Positions 13,038-26,500 of a stretch of DNA of 64,000 nt are shown here, in pieces (positions within the stretch are counted from its first letter, which is position 1; the number at the start of each line of letters is the position of its first letter). The stretch spans positions 15,308,950-15,372,949 of the forward strand of contig NC_134029.1 of assembly GCF_964204645.1 (NCBI RefSeq), in the 5' to 3' direction. Position numbers and translations under genes: made by a program. The notes under the pieces were generated by a model. It was given only the letters and a program-made list of their open reading frames with translations. It made no database searches and was not told the origin of the DNA. The DNA is from Tubulanus polymorphus (lineage: Eukaryota; Animalia; Nemertea).

Positions 13038-14118
13038 TACTCCTCTTTTAATTCATCAATAATAATAGTTTTAATAATTCTGTTACATTAAAATCATCGT
13101 GTATTTTATAAAATGAATAAGGGAATTGCACCTATATATCTCAATAATTTAAAATCTTGTTCATTTGGTTAATAATGTCGAGTTATTACTAAATCATTAT
13201 CAACTAAACTTTTGCTAAATTATCTAATGAGCTTGCTTAAAATCTGTAAGAATCTAAAAATCTAATGCAACCAAATTGAAAGCAATGTACTTTTCAGATA
13301 TCTTAGCTAATAGTTTAAATTCATATTTTCATACATTTAAATCATTTATAGCATTATATTCTTCTATTTCTTGATAAATTGCGCCTAACTTTCCTGATAA
13401 TTATTTTATAAATAAGTAGGTATCATATCCTGATAAATTATGAGATAATATTGGTACGAAATATACTTTTTTAGCTTGTAAATTAAAATCTTCATGAGTA
13501 GCTCCTCGATATTTTGAATTTAAATGATCATGATCTTTAACTTTTTTATCAAATGAATAAAAACGTTTTTTTACAGTAACAACAATGAGTTGCATAATTA
13601 AAATCAACTTCATCTTCTTTAGTCATAACTATTCTTTTTTTGGATAAATAATGGTGCAAAATCACTTTCTAATTTAATTATTTTATTACAAAATTCATTT
13701 ACTACATCTTCACCTCTAAAAGACATATTGAATTTCATATAATTCAGGATAATTAGATTTTATATAAATTCCATAAGCAGCAGCTCTTTGATGAAATTTT
13801 TAATTGTATTTATGATTGGTGGGTTTTGAATTATATCTTCATTTAATTCATTTCCTTATCCATTGATTTTAATAATTGCTCTTTGTTATATATTTCTTTT
13901 CTATCTTGATCAGTTATTTCTTTATTCAACGATTCAAAATCCCCATAATTTACAAATGGCACTGTATTTTTAAATTTATGATCAGTAAATTTCAATTTAT
14001 AATCTTTTTTTCTGTTGGTATTATTGATTTGCAAACGTCTTTACTATCACATAATTCATTATGTTTTAGTAATGTATTTTCAGTTATAAATTTAGATTAA
14101 CTTTTTCTACATATTTTA

Positions 14119-14256
<138 letters not shown>

Positions 14257-14566
14257 ATGACTGTTGGAATCACTTTCTGTTTTAAAGAATAAATGTATTT
14301 GTTTCAACCACATATAATGTTCATTTTCATCTTTTTTGTAATATAACAAATCTAGAACATTTTCATCATCATAATATTCTGTTAAATATAAAGCTTCTAA
14401 TGTATAATCTTTAATGTTTTCACCTTTTGTATCTGGTAATTCGAAAACATTTATTTTCAAATTATTAACTTTTTCTATTTTAGGAATCATTTTTATAGTT
14501 ATTGGATATTGATCAATTTTATATAATGTTTCATATTTCCGATAATCTGTTATTCTATAAACATGT

Positions 14567-14700
14567 ATAGTATAGTATAGTAGTTTATTTGTCACCATCA
14601 ATATGTACAAGATTAATAATAACAATAGTAAATTACAAACAATGAGGTGACAGGAGCCTGAACAGAGCCATAAAGGCTGTATATCCAAAAGGATGTTCAG
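14567..14700 (-). mobile_element. 134-bp retroposed 3'-end insertion with 6-bp TSD ACATGT
   Basis: ACATGT at 14561-14566 and 14701-14706. The - strand ends AATAAA-CTA-(CTATA)n. Removing the insert restores pPolB PTEEHVYRIT. Confidence 0.8.
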
Positions 14701-15614
14701 ACATGTTCTTCTGTTGGATGTAAGCAACTTATAATTGTCCATAGAAAACATTTATTATCTTCATTTTGAACATTTATTACTGCTTTTGTTGTAAATGGTA
14801 ATTTAATATAAGATGATGCTTTAATATCCTTTTCTGTTGTAAAGTATGAATCATTTTTAAACATTGTATTACTTTTTGATGCTTTATTCCTTTTTGTATT
14901 ATAAATCTTAAAATATAATTTCATTCAATGTTAAACCAGAACCCTCAAAATATCTTTCTTCAATATGACGTTTAAAATCATTAAATGTTTTTTCTAATTT
15001 CTCTTTTATTTGTGTTTTTGAAATTATTTCTTCGGAAAGTGTTTGAATATTATGCTCCATTTCTTTCTTCCGATTTTATAAAACTTACCAGAAATACTAA
15101 TTTTTGGATATTCAATATACTTTGGATTTATAAATAGATTGGATTAATTATGGATATTCTGTTACAAGGTCCATTAATTTTTCCATTATTTCAATATAAA
15201 TTCTATAATCTTCTATTGTTGATCCTTTAAAAAATCTAAATATAATAGCTGCCGGTCTAATTTTGCTACGTAATGTTTCTAAAATTTCAATTGTATCTTT
15301 TATTTCTAGTGAATCGATATAATTTCTAACATTTTCCATATAAGGTTTATTTGAAATAGATTTAGTTTTTGAAGCTGGTTTTTTTACTTGATGAGGTTTA
15401 TCATCAAAATATTCTGTTCCTAAAATATTTTTATTTAAATTTTGTTTGTGTTTTTTTATGGTTCGAGATGTCTTTTATAATTCCTTTTTGCTATAAATTC
15501 ATTACAAACTTCACATTTCATTTCGTCTTTTTTCATATCATTTAATCGTTCTTTTCTTTCATTTGAATCTTCTGGTGTTTCAAAATCTATAACATCTTTT
15601 ATGATTTTCAGTTT

Positions 15615-15969
15615 TGTTAAAGGCACATGCCTCGTTGACCATGGTTAGTGTCATTCACGGTCCTGACCACCGTGATCTGATTTTACAATAAGTTTGTACC
15701 TGCTGCCCTTAAGGCTTTCAGTGCCTGTCCAGTAATCCGGCACTATTTTAACGATAGAAACTTGTATGTGTAACTCGAACCTGCCTATATAAACCCTGTA
15801 TACTATGTCACCTCACTTCACTATTTTGGTAGCAATACATAATGCTAGATGTACATTAAAAGTTTGGTTGTTCTTGCTGATGTTTGTTCCTGGCTGGTGC
15901 TGCATTCTACTTCGTCAATATTCGCTGTTTGCTGTCTACAATCGCAAAAGTGTGGCTTTACCGCCAACA
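15615..15969 (+). repeat. 5' LTR (TGTT..AACA, 355 bp)
   Basis: Direct repeat of 21798-22086 with roughly 11 differences in ~280 bp by eye. Contains a TATATAAA box and an ATTAAA signal. Confidence 0.92.
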
Positions 15970-15974
15970 TTTAT

Positions 15975-15992
15975 TGGTCCCTCGAGCCGGAT
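15975..15992 (+). promoter_or_regulatory. Primer-binding site complementary to the tRNA-Tyr 3' end
   Basis: TGGTCCCTCGAGCCGGAT, 5 nt after the LTR. One mismatch to TGGTCCTTCGAGCCGGA, the complement of the eukaryotic tRNA-Tyr 3' end. Confidence 0.8.
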
Positions 15993-15999
15993 GTCCGTA

Positions 16000-18900
16000 C
16001 CTACTGATTTGAACCGAAGGCAGCAACAACCACGATTTTTACGATGGCAGACGGCGGAAGCAGCAAGCCCATGGATGTTCTAAAAGCCTTGAAATGAGAG
16101 CGAAAATCCCACAAATCTCTTTTCAAGAGAAGATGCAACACTGGTGATGATATCGTTGATGTGAAAGGAAGCCGACGTGAGCTGCGTGAGTAACTGTTGC
16201 AGATTGATAAGACCGTAGGAGAAATCCACGCAATCAATGAGAGATATGTCGCGATGTTGACTACTGACCAGGAGGTTGCTGAAGCAGATAGTTATATGGC
16301 TGAAGTTGAAATCCGTCATTTCTAAAACCATACGAGAAAATTTAGTTTCAAAACTGAATGATGGTACATCAAGTATCTCAAAGGCGAGTTCTACAAACTC
16401 CACGTGCTCTAAGACCGCTTATGTTAAAGCCAAGCTGAAAGTCCTGCAGCTTACTCAACTGAAAAACAGATTGGAACAGGAGAAAAAAAGAGCAAGAACT
16501 CCGTAGACGTCGTCTGCTCCAAGAAGCCGAAGATGCAGCTGAAGATGCAGCACTTGAAGCAAGTTTGATGAGAAGTGGAATTACTCCGCTAGAGGAAGAG
16601 CGTATGCATGACTTTGATGATGTCGTAGAAGCTTATACCACTCATGACCCGCCACTAGCTACCGAAACTATTAGACTGCTCCAGCCTCTAGATGTTGACA
16701 ACAGCTCCAGAAATCGCCACGGAAACGACCGAAACGTTGATGATACCCGAAATCGCCATGGAAACGTCCGAAACTTTGATGATACCCGAAATCGCCATGG
16801 AGACGACCGAGACTTTCGACGCCATCAAAGCGATGACCGAAATAATGATGACACCTGCAACTGCCAACTAGACTACCGAGATGATGACGATGACCGACGT
16901 TTTGCTCGACGAAAACCGCCGCAGAGAGCAGTACAAACATCGCCATTTTCAAAGTCGCTGCCGAAAATCAAGCTACCCGTTTGAAGGAGATTCAGCTGAA
17001 TGGCCACGATGGAATTCTCTCTTCCGAGCCCTGACCAGCCAAGACTGACGGATGTTGAAAAGATGACCCACTTACAATCAAGTGTTGGTGGTACTGCCCT
17101 TCAATTGATCTCTGGTATGCTTTATGATGGACGACAGTACAAGGATGCGATAAGAGCACTTCAGGACCGATTCGGGAAGGAAGAAGACATCGTTGATGCC
17201 TGCTTATGAAACGTGTTTGACCATCCACCAGTCAAGTTTCATGACACGACGTCCCTAGAGAGATTTCAAGGCATGGTGCACGCAGCTGTGACGACAATAG
17301 ATACGCTTGGATACATTGGTGACATGACGAGTGCCGAAAACCTAAGAAGAATGATTCAGAAATTACCAATAGAATTGAAGAGAGATTGGGGTAAAGAAGC
17401 TGTGGCGTTAGAGGTCAACGGAGGACGTCCAAACCTCCGACGGCTGGATGAATGGCTGTCGCTACAAGTGCGCATAAGTCTCAGCTATGCAGAAACAATT
17501 CCTGTGAAAACACTTGATGTCACTTCGCAGTCACCTCGGCAGAAATATGGTTTTTCTAGAACACTGAACCTCACTGGTGTGGAGGAAGAGCCGTCCAACA
17601 CTGAAAAAAATCCGATGTCTGCCCCTGTTACCAAGGACGCCACCTGTTGGAGGACTGCCCAAGTTTCAAGAGGAAGACTGCGAATGAGAGAGCCATTTAC
17701 GCCGGTGAAAATGGTCGATGCTTTGCTTGTCTCCGACAAGGTCACAGATCAAGACAATGCAAGTACCGGAAGCCATGTGGTATCACAGATTGCAAGTAAA
17801 GACACCATCCACTACTTCACAATAGCGAACGTGTATTTCCTAGACCACTGGAAATGACAAAGTCCGACAGTAAACCTGTAACTTCGTCGGGTCCTGGAAA
17901 TACAGCGGTCCGCGATAGTCATGCTGTCTCAACTCAGTCCGGTGGTGTAACCTTGCTACAGATCGTTCCCGTAAGAATTCGCGGTAATGATGTTTCCTGT
18001 GATACATTTGCCCTCCTCGACCCTTGTTCGCAGACGTCGTTATGTACCGACAACCCCACAGAAAGGCTTAAATTAACTGGTGAAAGAAAACTCCTACGTC
18101 TTGGTAATGCTGAATCAAGTGGTAATCCGAAATCTATGCTGCAGCTGAAGCTCTACCTGACTCCGCTGGCAGATGGTGCAGCTGATAAGAAGATTCAAGT
18201 AGACGAAGTATGGTTGATCCCACGTCTGAACATTTCCATGCCGCAGGTTCGAGGCAAGAACAAGCCAAGATGCCTCCACCTAGATGATATCTCCATTCCT
18301 GCTGTCGATCATGGCCAAGTGGAGGTTTTACTTACGGCCAATGTGATCGAAACTATGATACAACATGACGTCCGAATTGGTAGCCCTGGTCAGCCTATTG
18401 CCATTAAGACTGATTTTCGTTGGGCTATAACGGGTCCTACAAGAATGGTTACAGAAGCTAATCGAAATGTCCAGTATCTGAAGTCGATGTCATGAAGTCG
18501 ATGTCCGACGAAGATGAATTTGACGAGATAATCCAAGAATGGTGGACTACCGATGACTTTGGGACAAAATACGACAAGCCGATAGCTGAATCCAAAGAAG
18601 ACATCCGTGCATTGAGTATCCTGAAGTCTAGAACAAAAAGGATTGATGGTCAAGACCGCTACGAGACAGCTCTGGGAGAAAGATTACACGTCACTGCCAA
18701 ACAAAAGATTGATGGCTATGAAGCGCTTGGTATCTACAGAGCAAAACCTGCGTCGACATCCTGACAGAATTGAAGCATACAACAACACTTTCAAAGACTA
18801 TATCGCCAGAGGGTTTGCGCGAAAGCTGAGTCCAGAAGAAGCTGCCAAACCTAACCCGAAACGCTGGTTTTTACCTCACCATGCAGTCGTGAATCCAAAT

Positions 18901-21720
18901 TAAGGCAAGCTCAGAGTTGTGTTTGATGCTGGAACCACGTGCCAAGGGAAGTCGCTGAATAGTGAACTGTTAACCGGTACGGATTTGCTTCAGAATCTGA
19001 GTGGTGTGTTGATACGTTTCCGTAGCGATTATGGCTGATGTAGAGAAAATGTATCACCAGGTGAATGTTGTGAAAAAAAATCAAGTCGCACTGAGTTTTC
19101 TTTGGCGTGATATGAACACCGACTGTGAACCTGACGCCTACCAAATGTTGGTCACTATTTTTGGCGCAAAGTGCACCCCGGCAGTGGCGAACTATGCTCT
19201 GAGAAAAGCTGCTGAAGAAAACTGCCAAGAAGATGATCCCCTATCCGTAGCTGCGGCCAATGCTGTGATGTCCAATTTCTACATGGATGATTTTCTCCGA
19301 TCTGAGTTTGACGTTTACCAAGGCAAACAGATGCAAGCCATGGTTACAGAACTGGTGGCCAGAGGTAGTTTTCTTCTGACGGAATGGCAAAGTAATTCCA
19401 GGGAACTGTTATCCAGCATACCCGACTCAGAAGTTGCCTGCAAGCTTATTTGTACGGATGACAAGTTGCCTACTGTTAGGGCACTTGGTGTGCTTTGGAA
19501 TGCTGAAAACGATGCTCTCATTGTGAAAGTTCCGACAGCAGATGGTCCTACAACGAAGCGTGGTCTTCTAAGCAAAGCCTTGTCACTATTCGACCCGTTT
19601 GGTATGGTTGCACCGTTAACATTAACAGCCCAGATCCTTGTGCAGCGCCTTTGGGCTGAGAAGATATCCTGGGATGAAGAGTTGACAGGACCAGATCTTG
19701 TCGTCTGGCAGGCTTGGTTAGAACTACAGTTCATTAGTCGGCTACAGATACCGAGATGTCTACAGATGTTCGACCCCGTCCACCGTGAACTTCATGTGTT
19801 CTGTGACGCATCGGAGAAGGCGTTTGGCGCAGTTGCTTACATGAGACTGGTGTCCAATACTGGTGAAGTTCGACTATCATTTATGATGTCCAAGACCAGG
19901 GTAGCTGTTGAAAAAGAAGTCAATTGTCAGAATGGAGATGCAAGCTGTGGTCTTAGCTATTAGGCTAGCCAAGAGTCTGAAGGCTGAAGTTACGTTTACT
20001 ATAAATGAAACCATGTTCTGGAGTGACAGCCTGATCGTTCTGGGTTACATTACCAACGAAAGTCGACGTTTCCATTCGTTCATTGCTAATAGAGTTGCTG
20101 AGATTTGTGATGAATCAACTCCCGACCAATGGTCCCATGTTCCAGGTGTACTGAACCCTGCTGATGTCTGCTCTCGAGGTGCGTCTACCTCTGAACTGGC
20201 TGCTGATAAAAGATGGCTGAGCGGTCCAGAATTATTGTTGGATCCAAAGGATTAGCCTCACCAAGACGAACATGCGACTCCACTGCAAGAAGACGACCCA
20301 GAGGTAAAAAGAGTAGCTTATGATATCGAAGCTATGGTGATCCAAGTCTTACCCGATGCAGCTAGATTCACGTCGTGGATTCGTTATCCGCGTATTGTTG
20401 CTTGGGCCAGCCGCTATATCCAGAATCTGAGACGAATCGAAGAAAGCAGAATTATTAGTTCTACGAGATGTCCAAGCCAGAGTTTACCCGTCAGAGGTTG
20501 AAGCCCTGCGAGAAAAGAAGCCATTACGAAAAAGCTGTGTCCTCCATTTAACGCCGGTGCTCGATGATGATGGTCTACTCCGTGCAAGAGGGCGCTTAAT
20601 CAATGCTCCGGTGAATTTTGATGTTAAACATCCGATAATCCTGCCGACTAAATACGATGTCACTAGGTTGGTACTTTTTAATCAGCACTACAAACTATTT
20701 GACGCCGGTGTTGAGCATACGCTTAATGAGATACAACAGCTGTATTAGATACCCAAGGCCAGATCAAGAATCCGGAAGCTGATTTATGACTGCAAGCTGT
20801 GCAAGAAAAGACGAATAAAGCCAACTCCGCCGTTGATGGCTGATCTTCCGGCCACAAGATTTGAAAGAAGTCATCCCTTCTGTTGTACTGGTATCGATTA
20901 CTTCGGACCTTTTAGTGTCACGGTAAGCGTTACGGTATCTTGATAACTTGTTTGACCACCAGGACTGTCCACCTAGAAGTTGCTGATACCCTTGATACTG
21001 AGAGTTTCCTGTTAGCGCTCAGACGTTTTATTGCAAGAAGAGGAAATCCGATTATCATCTACTCGGACAATGGTACGAACTTCAGGGGAGGCGAGCGAGA
21101 GCTTCGAGATTCCTTAACCAAATGGAACCAAGAGCAGATCACCGATGAGTTAACTCAACGTGGTGACCAATGGCGTTTCAACCCACCTGCCGCCAGCCAC
21201 ATGGGTGGCATATGGGAAAGAATGGTGCAGTCTGTAAAACGAGCACTCAAGACTGTCCTTGGTAATCAAACTGTCGGAGAAATTGAGTGTCTGTTGAACA
21301 GCCGACCGCTTACCTATGTCAACTCCGACGTAAACGAACCTGAAGCGCTAACTCCGAACCACTTCTTGTTAGGTAGAAGCAGCGTTCATCTACCTCCAGG
21401 TGTCTTCACCGACGATGACCTGATAAGACGAAAGAGATGGCGGCAGGCCCAAATGATTTCCGACCATTTCTGGAAGAGATATCCCGACGCTGATTGCGCG
21501 TAGCAAATGGAAAGAAGAATCTCGAAACCTTAAAGTAAATGATGTAGTGCTGGTAGTCGATAACAACACTCCTCGTGGTTTGTGGCCGTTGGCTCGTGTA
21601 ATCAAAACTTTTCCGGAACCTGATGGCAGAATGAGATCCGTGGAAAACCAAGATGGGAACTTATCGAAGACCTTTTACAAAAATATGCGTTCTGCTGGAA
21701 CACGATGATGATGGTGATAT
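16000..21720 (+). pseudogene. BEL/Pao gag-pol polyprotein (Gag, protease, RT, RNase H, integrase), many frameshifts and stops
   Basis: ORF fragments 16565-16984, 17000-17857, 17854-18495, 18643-18903, 19031-19963, 19908-20255, 20557-20748 and 20940-21503 are in canonical BEL/Pao domain order. Confidence 0.9.
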
Positions 21721-21797
21721 TTCGTTTTGAACATATGAACGTTTGATTTGTCTACCGACTATGAACGTTATTTTCCCTGCTCCGCTTCTGGGGAGGA

Positions 21798-22086
21798 TGT
21801 TAAAGCCACATGCCTCGTTGACCATGGTCAGTGTCATTCACAGTCCTGACCACCGTGATCTGATTTTACAATTAGTTTGTACCTGCTGCCCTTAAGGCTT
21901 TCAGTGCCTGTCCAGTAATCCGGCACTATTTTAACAATAGAAACTTGTATGTGTAACTTAAATCTGGCTATATAAACCCTGTATACTATGTCACCTCACT
22001 TCACTATTTTGGTAGCAATACATAATGCTAGATGTACATTAAAAGTTTGATTGTTTCTTGCTGATGTTTGTTCCTGGCTTATGCTG
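21798..22086 (+). repeat. 3' LTR, truncated by ~70 bp; preceded by polypurine tract GGGGAGGA (21790-21797)
   Basis: Similarity to the 5' LTR stops near 22086; the terminal AACA is absent. Confidence 0.88.
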
Positions 22087-22881
22087 TCCCGATCGAACAT
22101 ATCAATTTGCGTAGTAACATAACTAACTATTTGCAGTGAATTGCAGACAATACATGAAGCCTTAATGACCGTTTTCTAACACATTTATATAAGGTAATCA
22201 TAATGTAAGATAATAATGATTTACTGCTTTAGTTGAAATTATGGCCATTTCTGAAATTATGTTACTAATTTGTAGTTAGTGCGGAACGCTTGGGTTTAGA
22301 ACAAGAATGAGGGGTTGTAGGTAGTTATGATTCACCATATGTTAATTCCGTGTTGTTGAAAATTTCGCGAGAATCGCGCACAAAATACTAGCAATAAATT
22401 CCGAATATCATACATATTTTTTGTACCGGTACATAATTTATCCGCTTTAAAGTGCCGATAAACAATTGCATGTTTACGATCAGTATGTCTGGCCGCGATG
22501 GCTGTCTGGGACGCGATTTTTAGCAAGAGAGTTTTCGCCATCTTGTTTGCAGTGCGCATGCCCCCCATTCTGGTAAACGCAATCCAATCGTGTGCACTAC
22601 GCTCGCTGTATCTGCGTTCGCGGCACTCGAAAAAAACGGCATCAAATAGCCTACTGGAACCCGCCAACCTTGGCACCTTTTCCACAATTTTACATCTGCA
22701 TGATTAAATCATTTTCAGACACCGCACTGAAACACAAAGACACAACTTCAATTAATCACGCTTTAATTTCAAAATGATAACAGCAAACATGTTGATTATA
22801 AATCACTTAATATTTCAGAATGTTGCCCAAATACGATACCGTAATGTATTCATTATGTTTAGTAAAATTCTTTTTACCCAG

Positions 22882-23103
22882 ATACACGCAAGGGATATTG
22901 CTACCAACGATTCACCAATGGGGAGTGTCTAAATCCTGTTCAAATGTTGGTAACACGTTCTCAATGTTGTTGCTCAATGGGAGCCATGGTAGCAAAAGGT
23001 CTTGCCTGGGGAAAACCTCTGTGCAATGCTTGTCCGAAATATGGAACTGTCGAATTTCAAAATGTGTGCGTGAATGGTATGGGAAAAGATTCAAATGGAG
23101 AAG
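22882..23103 (+). CDS. FBN: Fibrillin exon: TB (8-cysteine) domain, TB2-equivalent
   Basis: ttacccag|..|gtatgt, 222 bp, phase 1-1. (D)TRKGYCYQRFTNGECLNPVQMLVTRSQCCCSMGAMVAKGLAWGKPLCNACPKYGTVEFQNVCVNGMGKDSNGE has the CCC and AWG signature. Confidence 0.92.
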
Positions 23104-23272
23104 GTATGTATATTTCCTTTCTAGCGGTGCAGCTGCCAGGCATGATATTTTCTCTGGTCTCCACAGCTAACGTTAGTCACGAATGAGTGAAGTACTTAGG
23201 CCAGAATCCTGCAGATTATCGACTTTGTTGGTATGAATTGATGTTCGATTAACCCTGATATAATCTGTGCAG

Positions 23273-23398
23273 ATGTTAATGAGTGTGTGGTCCAACCTGG
23301 CATATGTGTAAATGGCGTTTGCGAAAATAAACTATCTGGATACCGCTGTATATGCAACGCTGGATATGTTGCTGATATTACTGGACGGCTTTGTAACG
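23273..23398 (+). CDS. FBN: Fibrillin exon: calcium-binding EGF domain
   Basis: tgtgcag|..|gtaagt, 126 bp. (D)VNECVVQPGICVNGVCENKLSGYRCICNAGYVADITGRLCN. Confidence 0.93.
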
Positions 23399-23544
23399 GT
23401 AAGTCTCGAGTAAAGAATATCACCAAAACATAATTCTATAGAGACGTTCCTCCGCCTTACGTTTGAAAATCTTGTATTCGTGAATGTCTCTGTAATTCTC
23501 AGTCGAAAGTACCGGTAGATGTGCAGTGAACGGGCTCACATTTT

Positions 23545-26500
23545 TTGATTTGATTTGATTTATCTCACACAAATAATTAGTACAGAGATTATCACATGGC
23601 ATAATAGTTATTACAAAATGTATAGTCAGTGTAACAATAATTTATGCGAGGAATTGATGAAAGCCAGTAGGGCTCATACTAGTCCAAAATCCCTCAACAC
23701 ATACACTCGCATTCTCGCACTCATACACACACCACACATTCGTCACCAGAGGCATTCTTAAAGGTATAAATATGAATATAAATGAGACTTGAAGTCAGAA
23801 CACACAATTATTTTTAGGATTAATTAGACAAGAGCAGACTTCTGAGATTGTTTCGAAATATATTTAAATGGGGATCATTTTTCAATTCAGTTGGTTGATT
23901 GTTCCAGTATTTTGCACCTTGAATTTTAATGCTTCTAGATTTAATATTAGATTTTGAAAATTCGATGAAAAGATAATTGATTCTGCGCGTGTCGCGCCAA
24001 TTAGGCCTCGCACGCCGAAAAATGAAGAAGTCTGCGAAAAGATCAGGTAACAAATTAATAATTTGGCAGAAGGTGAAACTTCCAAGCTGATTTTTTTAAG
24101 TATCACATCATTTCAGGATTTTGAGTCTTTTAAAAATTGGCGACGTGTTTTCTAACCAGTCAGAGTGCGTTATAGTACGTATTGCTCTTTTCTGGAGAAC
24201 AACAAGAGGATTTTAATAGGTATGACCAGCATGTCCCCATATAAAATAAGCCTTTTTACAGTTTCCAGGCGCCATTTTTTTGGGTACCCACCGGGTCCGC
24301 ATTGTTGAATTTTTTGTCCCTATTTTTCTCCGGTTTAATTTTTTTATTTCGTTCATATCTCTGGATTTGATTAATATAGAAACAAAGTAAAAATATCGAT
24401 GAACTCGGCTGATAATAAACTTTTTTATGATATCACTCATTTATAAAGTTAATGCAACAATGTGCGCTGGTGAAGTTATAAACATTGATATCGTCTTCCC
24501 GATAATTCAACTTGAATTATTGCTCATCCCATTCAAAAGTTCGTAATTCTTACAAATATTAATCTACATTTTTGAAATTTTCAGGACCAATAGCCATCTA
24601 TATGTGGTCTTATATACCTTTTACCGTTTTCAATTATCTTTATTAGTTTTTTAGTAATTGCGAGTCAAACTTCCAAAACACGTTTTCCCGGGTCCCCTGG
24701 GTGCATCTTTATATCAGGAAATTTCACAATTTCACCGGTCCCTACTTTGTTGAAAATCAATTTAGTAAGTAACCATGGAAATAAGGGCACCTAGGTTTTT
24801 GAAAAATGGTTATTAAAGATATATATTCTCTAGGATTTGTCAAAATAAACAAAATAACCCAGGTGTTGCTTTAACCAGCTACCTAGGTTCACAACAGATC
24901 ATTTTGTCCAACGTGTTTCATTCGATTCCAAAACTGCACGTACGGGTATACGATTGCAAATATGAAAGTCAGACATTATGTGGCACATGTATGAGGACCA
25001 CAGTCTCAATGCTGCGTCGCATTGCCTTCGCAAATTTGCATGGCTACTTACGTGAAGTGGGCTAATACAGACCTTGTGTGATCAAAACTGACTTGGAATT
25101 CGTGCCAAATCTCAAAACAACTATCAAACACACGAGATCAATTTTGACAGAAAGTAAACGAAAGTTATGTTCCTTACTAATATATTCCAAAGTTCCAATC
25201 TTTCCAACACAATCGACTTAGCCAAATATATTCAAATTCAATTTGAAACACCTTCCAGCTCTTGTCACGTTCAGTAATAAAGATCGAACATCGAACATTC
25301 TCAAAAAAGCAAAGCCGATCCAACGGTTTGCAAGCGTCAAGTTTGACACGGCCGTGGCTGCCTCCATTTGTGTGGAGCTGCTGCTGAAAATTCAAAAATT
25401 TAAATCGGGTACCGGTATTTAACTGAAGACCGAGTGCTCGCCATTACACCATGGTATTTCTGATGGTTAACTTTTGAGCAACTGGCTCCAGAATCACCTG
25501 CCAACGGCCATATTTCATTGATGCAATATACTGTGAAACGATATAATATAGACGGGAGATCAATGAAACTTAAATGCCTGACACTAAGACTTATTTCGAC
25601 TTTTTTGACTATCTTAGATGATTGGGAGAGGGGTCCAAAAATAAGGACATTTTCCGTGGTTTAAGGCTGTGAGTAGGGTGCCCCTCGGTGTTGAAACAAA
25701 TACATCCAAAACAATTTAATTTGCAAGAGGATGAGTGTTAGATTTGTAAGTTTTAGGCGATCACTGTCTTGACAAAGATGGTAATCTTAATGGGAAGGAG
25801 CAGGGGTCCGGACTACCGACCCTCCAAACCCGTAGTCTGTCCCTGTGTTACTAGAAATATATCTCTATTTACCATTTTTTTCAAATAACTAGGTGCCCTT
25901 GTTTCCATAGTTACTGAAAATTTTGATTTTAACAATGTAGGACCGGTTAAATTGGCAAATTTCTTGATATAAATATGCACACATGATACTCTAGAAAACG
26001 TGTTTTGGAAGTTTGACTCGCAATTACTTAAAAACTAATAAAGATAATTGAAAACAGTAAAACGTATATAAGACCACATATAGATGGCTATTGGTCCTGA
26101 AAATTTCAAAAATGTAGATTAATATTTGTAAGAATTACGAACTTTTGAATGGGATGAGCAATAATTCAAGTTGAATTATCGGGAAGACGATATCAATGTT
26201 TATAACTTCACCAGCGCACATTGTTGCATTAACTTTATAAATGAGTGATATCATAAAAAAGTTTGTTTTCAGCCGAGTTCATCGATATTTCTACTTTGTT
26301 TCTATCTTTATCAAATCCAGAGATATGAACGAAATAAAAAAATTAAACCGGAGAAAAATAGGGACAAAAAATTCAACAATGCGGACCCGGCGGGTACCCA
26401 AAAAAATGGCGCCTGGAAACTGTAAAAAGGCTTATTGGCTTAATCCAAATACGAATGGACAAAACAATGGTAACAATTTTTCAAAATGTCTGGAGATAAA

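Larger units (their letters stand above)
15615..22086 (+). mobile_element. BEL/Pao LTR retrotransposon, degenerate gag-pol
   Basis: LTRs at both ends, PBS and PPT. Gag-like LPKIKLPV(F)..LTDVEKMTHLQSSV, protease FALLDPCSQTS, RT ADVEKMYHQV and NFYMDDFL, Pao RNase H LHVFCDASEKAFGAVAY and FWSDS, integrase TGIDYFGP, SDNGTNF and GGIWERMV. Confidence 0.95.
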
